Below are positions 43,097 through 51,720 of a stretch of DNA of 64,000 bases, one piece after another. Numbering within the stretch: the stretch's first letter is position 1; every line of letters begins with the position of its first letter. The translations under genes and the position numbers were made by a program. This DNA comes from Alphaproteobacteria bacterium. GTDB taxonomy: Bacteria > Pseudomonadota > Alphaproteobacteria > GCA-2731375. The stretch lies in contig CBDDBZ010000022.1 in NCBI GenBank assembly GCA_965225945.1, forward strand, positions 42,627 to 106,626. Reading direction: 5' to 3'. Under the pieces are notes generated by a model, which made no database searches, was not told the origin of the DNA, and saw nothing but the letters and a program-made list of their open reading frames with translations.

Positions 43097-45450
43097 ATGG
43101 AGCCGCCCGAATCCAGCGATAAGAACGGCCCGCCGAAGCAGGAGCCGAAGCTTCGCCTCAGGGCCAGGAACATGGGCCAGACGCCGCCCGCCGCCGCCGA
43201 GGGCGATGCCGGCGGCGGCGCGACGAAGCCCGAGGTCGCGGCGTCGCCAGACGCGCCGCCCAAGGGAAATGGCCAGAACGCCGCGCCGGAACCGGGTGGG
43301 AGTTGCCGAGCTCGGCGCTCAAGTCCGAGGCGAACGATCCGTTGCTCGGATGCCTGGTGGCGGTAACCAAGCACTTCGGCCGTCCGAGCACGCCGCAATC
43401 GCTGATCGGCGGCATGCCGCTGGAGGGCAACCGGCTGACGCCGGCCCTCTTCCTGCGTGCCGCCGACAGAGCCGACCTGAGCGCCCGGATCGTCAAACGC
43501 CGCTTGAACGCGCTGCCGAAATACGTGCTGCCGGTGGTCCTGTTGCCGAAGGGGCGGACCGCCTGCGTCCTCTTCAGGCGGGTCGGCCAGGACAAGGCGG
43601 AGGTCCTCTTTCCCGAAACCGGGGACGGCAGCGAGACCATGGATCTCGACGTGCTGGCCGCCAGCTATGACGGCCACGCCATCTTCCTGCGGCCCCGCTA
43701 TCACTATAGCCAGGTGCAACGCGAGGTGCTGCTGGGCCGCGGCCGCTCCTGGTTTTGGGGCACGCTCGCCCGCTTCTGGAAGACCTATTGCGGCGTCATG
43801 CTCGCCGCCGCCTTCGTCAACCTTCTGGCCCTAGCCTCGCCCCTCTTCGTGATGAACGTCTATGACAGGGTGGTGCCGAACCAGGCGAAGGAGACCTTGA
43901 CGGTACTGGTCATCGGCATCGGCTTGATCTTCGTCTTCGATTTCATGCTCCGATGGCTCAGATCGCATTTCGTCGACAACGCCGGCAAGCGCGCGGACGT
44001 GCTGATGTCGAGCCGTATCTTCAATCACGTGCTCGGCATCACCATGAAATCGCGCCCGGCTTCCTCCGGTGCCTTCGCCAACCAGTTGCGCGATTTCGAG
44101 TGGCTGCGCGAATTCTTCACCTCCGCGACCGTCGTCGCCCTGATCGACTTGCCGTTCCTCGGCCTCTTCATCCTGGTGATCTGGATGATCGCCGGCCCCG
44201 TCGCCTTCATTCCGGCCTTCGCCGTGCCGTTGGTGATCGTGATCGGGTTGATGCTGCAGGTCCCACTGCGCCGCGCGGTCCGCCAAGCGACGGCCGAGGG
44301 CTCGCAGAAGCACGGCGTGATGATCGAGACCATCGCCGCCCTCGACACCGTGAAGAGCCTCGGTGCCGAGGGCCGCATGCAGCGCGAGTGGGAGAAGTAC
44401 GTCGGCACCTCGGCCAACACCGGCATGCGGGTGCGCAACCTCTCCGGCGTCGGCATCAACGTGACCCAACTCATCCAGCATTTCGTCACGGTGGCGGTGG
44501 TGGCATTCGGCGTCTACCGGATTGCCGACGGCGAGATGACGATCGGTGGCCTGATCGCCTGCACGATCCTCACCGGCCGCTGCATGGCGCCGCTCGGCCA
44601 GGTGGCGAGCATCATCTCGCGCCTGCACCAATCGATCGCCGCGCTGAAAACCCTCAATCAGATCATGGCGATGCCGGTCGAGCGGCCGGTCGACGCGCGC
44701 TATCTCTCGCGCGAGCGGCTGGACGGCGGAATCACCTTCGAGAACGTCAGCTTCAGCTATCCCGACAGCGAAGTGCCGGCGCTGCGCGACATTTCGTTCA
44801 AGATCGAGCCCGGGGAGAAGGTTGCGATCATCGGCCCGGTCGGCTCGGGCAAGTCGACGATCTCGCGCCTGTTGATGAAACTCTACGAGGTCGATGGTGG
44901 CGCGGTCCTGGTCGACGGCACCGATATCCGGCAGATCGATCCCACGGACATCCGCAAATCGCTGGGCGTGCTGTTGCAGGACGTGATTTTGTTCCATGCC
45001 AGCGTCCGCGACAACATCGCCATGGCGACACCGCATGCCGACGACGACATGATCTTGCGCGCCGCGCAACTGGCGGGCGTGCATGATTTCATCAGCCAGC
45101 AGCCGCAGGGCTACGACCTGATGGTCGGCGAGCGCGGACAGACCCTCTCCGGTGGGCAACGCCAGTGCATCGCCCTCGCCCGCTCGCTGCTGCCCGATCC
45201 GCCGGTCGTGATATTGGACGAGCCGACGAGCATGATGGACATGCCGGCGGAGAACGCCTTCAAGCGGCGCATGCGCGACTATCTGGCCGGCAAGACCCTG
45301 GTTCTGATCACGCATCGACCCTCGCTTCTGGACCTGGTCGATCGGATCATCGTGATCAGCCGAGGCCGGGTGGTGGCGGACGGGCCGCGCGAGGAGGTGC
45401 TGAAGAAAGGCCGGGCCGACGCGAAGCGCGCGGCCGCGGCGGGCGACTAG
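43097..45450 (+). CDS. Type I secretion ABC transporter, LapB/LssB type (C39-like, TM and ATPase domains); 1-nt frameshift near 43294, probably an error
   Basis: DPLLGCL, LFVMNVYDRVVPN, DLPF, GPVGSGKST, LSGGQRQ, LDEPT; adding one G to ccgggtggg joins MEPPES... to WELPSS... Confidence 0.92.
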
Positions 45451-45464
45451 GGCCGAGGGACCAA

Positions 45465-46790
45465 ATGGCGCGCAGACGGGACTGGCACGACGCCGAGTTC
45501 GCCTCCGAGGTGGAGGGCTCCATGGTGCAGGGTCCGAATCCGGCCCTCAACACCGTCTTCATCCTGATCATCTGTCTCCTCGTCAGCGCCTTCTTCTGGG
45601 CCTACAAGTCGGAGGTCGACGAGGTCACCCGGGGCCAAGGCCGAATTATTCCCTCGTCCAAGACCCAGGTGGTGCAGAACCTCGAGGGCGGCATCCTGAA
45701 GGAGATCTTCGTCAAGGACGGCGATAGAGTCGAAGTCGGCGAGGTGCTGATCAGGATCGACAACACGGGCGCGGCCGCCAGCTACGGCGAGTTGAAGGCA
45801 AACCGCTTCGCGCTGATGGGCCGGGTCACCCGCCTCACGGCGCAGGCCGAGAACAAGCCATTGCGCTTCCCGGCCGAGCTGATGGCCGAGTCGCGGCAGA
45901 TCGCCCTCAACGAGGAGCAACTCTTCAACGCCAGCGAGAGCGCGCTGCAATCGCAGATCTCGATCCTTCGCGTGCAGGCCGATCAACGCAAACAGGAGTT
46001 GGCGGAGCTATTCGGCAAGATCAACAAGCTGAAGGCGAGCCTTGATCTCGCCAACGAGGAGTTGCAACTGACCGAACCGTTGGCGAAAAAGGGGATCGTT
46101 CCGGCGATCGACCTGATCCGCATCAAGCGGCAGGTCGCCGAGCTTTCGGGCGAACACAAGATGACGAAACTCGCGGTACCGAGAGCCCGCTCCGCCGTCA
46201 AGGAAGCCAATCGCCGCATCGAGGAGAAGTTCAATACCCGTCGCACCGAATCCCTGACCGAGCTGAACCAGTCGCGGGCCGAGTTGGCCCAGGTCGAGGA
46301 AACCATCAACGCCGCGCGCGACCGGGTGGTGCGAACCGATGTCGTCTCCCCGGTCAGGGGCATCATCAAGGAGTTGAAGGTGCGGACCGTGGGCGGTGTC
46401 ATCAAGCCCGGCATGGATCTGGTCCAGATCGTGCCGGTCGACGATACCCTGTTGGTCGAGGCCAAGATTCGCCCCTCCGACATCGCCTTCCTCAGCATCG
46501 ATCAAGTGGCGACGGTGAAGCTCACCGCCTATGACTTTTCGATCTATGGCGGGCTCGACGGGCGGCTGGAGCGGATCAGCGCCGATACCATAACTGACGA
46601 TGACGGCGAGGAATTCTATCACGTAATCATCCGCACCGATCAGAACTACTTGGAGCGCGGCGAGAAGAAGCTGCCGATCATCCCGGGCATGGTCGCCAGC
46701 GTCGATGTCCTGACCGGCCGCAAGACCATTCTCGACTATCTCCTGAAGCCCATCCTCAAGACGAGGAACGAGGCGTTGAGCGAGCGGTGA
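45465..46790 (+). CDS. Type I secretion membrane fusion protein (HlyD/LapC)
   Basis: TM helix, VDEVTRGQG, QNLEGGI, SPVRG, GGVIKPG, TAYDFSIYGGL, PGM...TGRKTILDYLLKP. Confidence 0.95.
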   Translation: MARRRDWHDAEFASEVEGSMVQGPNPALNTVFILIICLLVSAFFWAYKSEVDEVTRGQGRIIPSSKTQVVQNLEGGILKEIFVKDGDRVEVGEVLIRIDNTGAAASYGELKANRFALMGRVTRLTAQAENKPLRFPAELMAESRQIALNEEQLFNASESALQSQISILRVQADQRKQELAELFGKINKLKASLDLANEELQLTEPLAKKGIVPAIDLIRIKRQVAELSGEHKMTKLAVPRARSAVKEANRRIEEKFNTRRTESLTELNQSRAELAQVEETINAARDRVVRTDVVSPVRGIIKELKVRTVGGVIKPGMDLVQIVPVDDTLLVEAKIRPSDIAFLSIDQVATVKLTAYDFSIYGGLDGRLERISADTITDDDGEEFYHVIIRTDQNYLERGEKKLPIIPGMVASVDVLTGRKTILDYLLKPILKTRNEALSER

Positions 46791-47509
46791 CGGCGGTGTG
46801 GCCCGGCATTCGACGGCGAACGGCCGGCGCGGCGCTGGCCGCGCTGGTTCTCGGCGTCGGCATTTCCGCCTCGATACCGGCGCGAAGCGGGACGGCGACG
46901 GTGGGGCTGTTCGGCTATCTGGAGTTTCCCTCGCCCGACCTCGCCGCCTTGCCGGTCTGGCTCGACGTATTTTCCCGCCTCGAGACCGACCGCGAGCGCG
47001 CGCGGGCTTGCGACGAGGACGAGGCGGCTTGCGGCGGCACGATCGTCACCGTGTGGCGCGCCAAGGTTCAGGAGCTGGCGAACCTCGACGTCGAGTCGCA
47101 GCTGCAAGAGGTCAATCGCTACGTCAACGGCCTCGCCGAGCTCGGTCCGAGCCCGACGAAGGGCGGGACGGAGCGCTGGACCGCGCCGTTCGAGTTTCTG
47201 GAGAAGGGTGGCGCCGCGGCCGATTTCGCGGTCATGAAATTCGCCACGTTGCGCGATCTCGGCATGGCCAACGAGGCGATGCGCATCGCCGTGGTCTATG
47301 ACGCGCTTCGCAACCGGCGCCACGCCGTGCTCGTGGTCCGCCACGCAAGCGGATTCCGCGTCCTCGACACCTGGAGCGACGCCGTGCTCGATGCGTCGCG
47401 GGTTAAATACTACGTGCCATTCTATTCGGTGAACGAGACGACCCGATGGGCACACGTCGTGAACCGGCCCCTCGGCGCGGCCGGACGCGCTGACGATGAG
47501 GCGAAGTGA
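46787..47509 (+). CDS. LapG-like transglutaminase-like cysteine protease (BTLCP/C93), catalytic Cys replaced by Ala
   Basis: Signal peptide, VNRYVN, W-T-A-P-F-E-F, GAAADFAVMKF where GDCEDYAIAKY is expected, HAVL, VLD, PFYSVNE. Confidence 0.85.
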   Translation: MTAVWPGIRRRTAGAALAALVLGVGISASIPARSGTATVGLFGYLEFPSPDLAALPVWLDVFSRLETDRERARACDEDEAACGGTIVTVWRAKVQELANLDVESQLQEVNRYVNGLAELGPSPTKGGTERWTAPFEFLEKGGAAADFAVMKFATLRDLGMANEAMRIAVVYDALRNRRHAVLVVRHASGFRVLDTWSDAVLDASRVKYYVPFYSVNETTRWAHVVNRPLGAAGRADDEAK

Positions 47510-49602
47510 TCATGTCCGAGTCGAACTCCCCCGCCACCGCGCTCGAGATGTTGAGCTTGCCGGCCCAGCGATCCGGACGCGCCGGCGGCAAGTGGATGCT
47601 CGCCCTGGCGTCGAGCCTGGTCCTGTCCGTCCTTTGCGTCGGCATCATCGTCCTGGATTACTCGGTCCGCGACGAGGAAGCGAGCCTGCTGGGGAGCACG
47701 AGCGATCGCCTGCAGGTCTCGGCGACGGGCCGCGCCGAGGTGCTGTCGGAATGGCTGAAGGGCCGGCTCGCGCTGGCGGAGCCGATTTCCGAGAGCGATC
47801 TTTTTCTGCTGTTCGCGGCGGAGGTCGACCTGGCGGGCCCCGGATCGGTGGCGGCGGGGCCATTGGGCGATCAACTGGCCTATATGCAGGCGAGCCTGGC
47901 CGCCTTCCAGCGCCAGGCCGGTCTGCTCGGCGCCTATCTGGCGAACCGGGACGGCGTGGTCTACGCCGCTGGCCCCGATGCACCGAGCCTGGTGGAGAGA
48001 CAGCGCGAAGCGGTCAAGGCGATGTTCCCCGAGGGCCGAGCGACCATCCTTCCGCTACGCGAAAGCTCGGACGGCTTGGTGCTCGATCTGCTGGTGCCGC
48101 TGCACCCGCCGCAGAGCGTTTCGGCGGCGGACGCCAAGCGGACCGTCGGCGTGCTGGTGATGACGCTGCTCGCAGAGCGCCGGATCAAGAACGCGATGGC
48201 ACCGAGTTCGCTGGCCAATCAGGGCGAGGTCGCCCACCTGTTGCAACTGTCCCAGGGACGCCACCTGGCGATCCGTCCGGGTGAAAATCCGGCGTTGGCG
48301 CCGACCACGCTCGAGGCGGGTGACAAACCCAGGGCCGTCCACTTCGACGAGCGCGCGGGCATCGACGGCCGGCCGGAGTGGCTGTCGGTCGGCGTCGTGG
48401 TCTCCGGGGCGCCTTGGGTGGTGCTGGAGGAGATCGCCAAATCACGAGCGCTGGAGCCGCTGGGCGGCCATCGCCTGTTCGGCGGGCTGATCGTCGTGTT
48501 GTCGACGATCGGATTCGCGGCGGCGGCGCTCGCCTTCTGGTGGCGCCAGGGCAGCGAGACCAATCGGGCGATGGCCCGGCAATATCACGAGCTGGCCGGC
48601 CGTCTGCAGACCCAGCGGCAATTGCTCGACTCGATCAACGCCTCGATCCAGGAACACATCACGGTCAAGGACGCGGACGCGAAGTACATCTACGCCAACC
48701 CGGCCTTCGCGCGGGTGGTGGGGCTGCCACTCGACTCCTTGATCGGGTTGACCGATCGCGCGCTCTTCCAGTCCGAAGAGGCCGAGCAACTGGCCGCCGA
48801 GGATGCCGAGATCATCGCCGGCGGCGAGGTGGCGAGCCAGCTCGTCTCCATCGACGTGGCCGGCGTCGAGCGCCAGTTCCAACTCTCGAAGGGGCCGTTC
48901 CTGGACGACGAGGGACGTCGCATGGGCGTCGTCTCGGTGGCCCGCGATATCACCGAGGTCCTGGAGGCCCAACGCCTGCGCGAGACCGCGGTGATGAACA
49001 CGATCCACGCCCTCTCCAACACCATCGAAGCGGTCGACCCCTATCTCTCCGGGCATTCGCGCAAGCTCGAGCGCGTCGCCAGCGGCATCGGTCGCGTTCT
49101 CGGCCTCTCCGATCCGGAAATCGCGACCCTGGAGATCGCCGCCAACCTGTCGCAGATCGGCAAGCTTTCGGTGCCGGCGGAGATCCTGACCAAATCGGGA
49201 CGCCTGACGGAAGCGGAAAAGGCCGAGATCCAGGACCATATCCGCCATGCCGACCGCATCCTGGGCGATTTGGAATTCGGCTTGCCCGTACGCGAGGTGA
49301 TGCTGCAGATGCATGAGCGGCTGGACGGCAGCGGCTATCCGCTCGGCCTCGCAGGCGATGCCATCGACATCTCGGGCCGAATCCTCGGCGTCGCCGACGT
49401 CTTCGTTGCCCGCACCAACCCCCGTTCCTATCGCGACGGCGCGCGCTCGGCCGACATCCTCGAAATCCTGACCAAGAACCAGAATCGCTACGACATCCGA
49501 GTGATCGAGGCGCTGACCAGCTTCCTGGCGGGCGACGAGGGCGCCGCCATCGCGCCGGACGGTACCCAGCCCTCGGAGGCGGCATCGCCGGAGCCCGAGT
49601 AG
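47506..49602 (+). CDS. Membrane protein: TM / periplasmic domain / TM / PAS / degenerate HD-GYP
   Basis: Two TM segments, PAS (KDADAKYIYANPAF...RDITE), DPYLSGHS, LSQIGK instead of LHDIGK, HERLDGSGYP, ADVF. Confidence 0.88.
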   Translation: MIMSESNSPATALEMLSLPAQRSGRAGGKWMLALASSLVLSVLCVGIIVLDYSVRDEEASLLGSTSDRLQVSATGRAEVLSEWLKGRLALAEPISESDLFLLFAAEVDLAGPGSVAAGPLGDQLAYMQASLAAFQRQAGLLGAYLANRDGVVYAAGPDAPSLVERQREAVKAMFPEGRATILPLRESSDGLVLDLLVPLHPPQSVSAADAKRTVGVLVMTLLAERRIKNAMAPSSLANQGEVAHLLQLSQGRHLAIRPGENPALAPTTLEAGDKPRAVHFDERAGIDGRPEWLSVGVVVSGAPWVVLEEIAKSRALEPLGGHRLFGGLIVVLSTIGFAAAALAFWWRQGSETNRAMARQYHELAGRLQTQRQLLDSINASIQEHITVKDADAKYIYANPAFARVVGLPLDSLIGLTDRALFQSEEAEQLAAEDAEIIAGGEVASQLVSIDVAGVERQFQLSKGPFLDDEGRRMGVVSVARDITEVLEAQRLRETAVMNTIHALSNTIEAVDPYLSGHSRKLERVASGIGRVLGLSDPEIATLEIAANLSQIGKLSVPAEILTKSGRLTEAEKAEIQDHIRHADRILGDLEFGLPVREVMLQMHERLDGSGYPLGLAGDAIDISGRILGVADVFVARTNPRSYRDGARSADILEILTKNQNRYDIRVIEALTSFLAGDEGAAIAPDGTQPSEAASPEPE

Positions 49603-49639
49603 TGGGGCCTGCCCGGGTTAGCTCCGGTGAGTACGCCCG

Positions 49640-50869
49640 GTGTCGATGATCGCGCGCGTGACCGGCCTGTCGGCGCGCGCGCAGGCGCCGATGTTCCTGG
49701 TCGGCATCGGCCATGGCGGCACCCATGTGGTGACCGCGACCTTCTACGTCCTGCTGCCGTTCATCCAGGTCGAACTGGGCCTGAGCTATTTCGAGACCGG
49801 CTTGCTGGCGACGATCTTTCACGCCGCCGCCTTCACCGCCAACTTGGCGAGCGGTCTCGCCGTCGACATGAGCGGCCGGCGAGTCGCCTTCCAGATCACC
49901 GCGCTGATGGCGGGGGGGCTGGGCCTGGTGGGCTTCGGCCACGCGGCGGACTTCACCACGCTGGCGATCCTGATCGCGCTCATCGGGGCGGCGAACAACC
50001 TTTGGCATCCGGCGGCGATCTCCTACATCTCCAACCGATTTCCGAAGAACCGGGGTTACGCGCTGTCGATCCACGCGCTCGGCGCCAACCTCGGAGACGC
50101 GGCGGCGCCGCTGCTGGCCGGCATGTTGATGATCGGGCTGACCTGGCGGGCGACCGCGGTGATCTCGGCACTGCCCTCGCTGCTGCTGGCGTTGCTGCTG
50201 CTGGCCCTGCTCAAGCCGACCGGCACGCGCGGACGGGAGAGCGCGGGCATGAGCACCCGGGACTACCTCGCGGGTCTCCGCCGAGTGGTCACCACGCCCT
50301 CGGTCCTGCTGCTTTGCTGTCTCGGCGGATTCCGCAACCTCGCGCAGAGTGGGATTCGCACCTTCCTGCCGCTCTACCTGATTCAGGTGATGGCGATGGG
50401 GCCGTTCCTGTTCGGCCTGACTCTCTTCAGCCTGCAGATGGGCGGCATCGTCGCCTCGCCCGTCGCCGGCATCTGGTCCGACAGGATCGGCCGCCGTCCC
50501 GTGCTGCTGGCCGGCCTCGGCGCCGCCACGGTGGCGATCGTGGTGCTGACGCTGATCGGCGATCCGGTCATGTTCATCGTCGGCGTCTCGGTGCTGGGCT
50601 TCGCCCTCTTCGCCGTGCGCCCGGTGCTGCAGGGCTGGATGATGGACCTGACGCCGAGCGCTCTCGGCGGTTCGGCGACGAGCTTGATGTTCGGCGTGCA
50701 GGCGCTGTTTTCGGTCATGGCGCCGGCGATCGGCGGCCTGATCGCCGACAGCCATGGACTCCTGGTGGTGTTCTATTGCCTGGCCGGCTCCATGTGCATC
50801 GCCAACCTGCTCGGCTATCTGCTGCCGAAAGACGCGCCGACCCGCGCCCGAGCCGGCGCCGGGGATTGA
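49640..50869 (+). CDS. MFS transporter (Fsr-like)
   Basis: About 12 hydrophobic segments, GLAVDMSGRR, WHPAA, GIWSDRIGRR. Confidence 0.9.
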   Translation: MSMIARVTGLSARAQAPMFLVGIGHGGTHVVTATFYVLLPFIQVELGLSYFETGLLATIFHAAAFTANLASGLAVDMSGRRVAFQITALMAGGLGLVGFGHAADFTTLAILIALIGAANNLWHPAAISYISNRFPKNRGYALSIHALGANLGDAAAPLLAGMLMIGLTWRATAVISALPSLLLALLLLALLKPTGTRGRESAGMSTRDYLAGLRRVVTTPSVLLLCCLGGFRNLAQSGIRTFLPLYLIQVMAMGPFLFGLTLFSLQMGGIVASPVAGIWSDRIGRRPVLLAGLGAATVAIVVLTLIGDPVMFIVGVSVLGFALFAVRPVLQGWMMDLTPSALGGSATSLMFGVQALFSVMAPAIGGLIADSHGLLVVFYCLAGSMCIANLLGYLLPKDAPTRARAGAGD

Positions 50870-51130
50870 GGCCGCCCGATGGGTGACTCCCCTGTCCCCA
50901 CCCCCATCGAGGGACGATCCCTGAAGGTGGATCCGTTCTCGGGGAGGCGGACCACGACCTTCATGCACGGCTGCGTCCGGCACCGACATGACTGGCGACG
51001 TGGCCGAAGACGACCCTCGACGAATGCACTGGTCGTGAACGGTGTTTGTCGTATACCTTCGGAGTCAAATTCCAGGTCATCTGAATGTCGGCTAAATGAT
51101 CTATCTGGCTGGAGACTAGACGTTGTCTAA

Positions 51131-51720
51131 GAGGCTGACTGAAAAAGGGTTGAAGGGAATCAGTGACTTGTGGGTTCTTTGTTGTGGCTAAGCAGCAAAG
51201 GGGGCACAAGATACGGACCGCGACCACGCGCAAGAAGTCTGCCCGGGACGGCACTCGGTTTGCTAGCGATATGACGGACGAGGAGTGGGGGTTGGTCGAA
51301 CCGCTGCTACCCTCGCCGAGATCGACCGGCCGTCACCGAACGACGGATTTGCGTGAGGTGGTGAACGCGCTGCTCTACGTCGCCGAGACCGGTTGCCGGT
51401 GGCGGATGCTGCCCGAGGAGTTTCCGCCCTCTTCAACGGTTCGGGGTTATTTCTACCGCTGGCGCGACGAGGGGCTATTGGCCCGCATCAACGAACACCT
51501 GGTCATGCCGGCGCCTCTGGCGGCAGACCGCGCGGCCTCTCCCTCGACCGATGGCGAGGTCTCTACCTCGGCCGACCGCGAGGCCGCTTCCTCGGCAGAC
51601 AGCGAGGCCTCTCCCTCGGCAGACAGCGAGGCCTCTCCCTCGGCCGGCGTGATCGACACCCCCTCGGTGAAACCCAGGGAAAGCGGTGGTCCGCGTGGCC
51701 ATGACGCGGGCAACAAGAAA
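51131..51720 (+). mobile_element. Left-end remnant of an IS5-family (IS1031/IS427-like) element, fused in frame to the downstream gene
   Basis: taa|gaggctgactgaaaaag end-like sequence; RFASDMTDEEW..EPLLP...DLREVVNALLY..TGCRWRMLP.EFPP.STV.GYF.RW...EASPSAGVIDT.SVK..ESGGPRG.DAG.K; no right end seen. Confidence 0.85.

Noticed and set aside
50945-51010. Faint IS630-like motif (MHGCVRH vs THDYVRHG)
   Set aside because: Only a few codons of resemblance; could be chance
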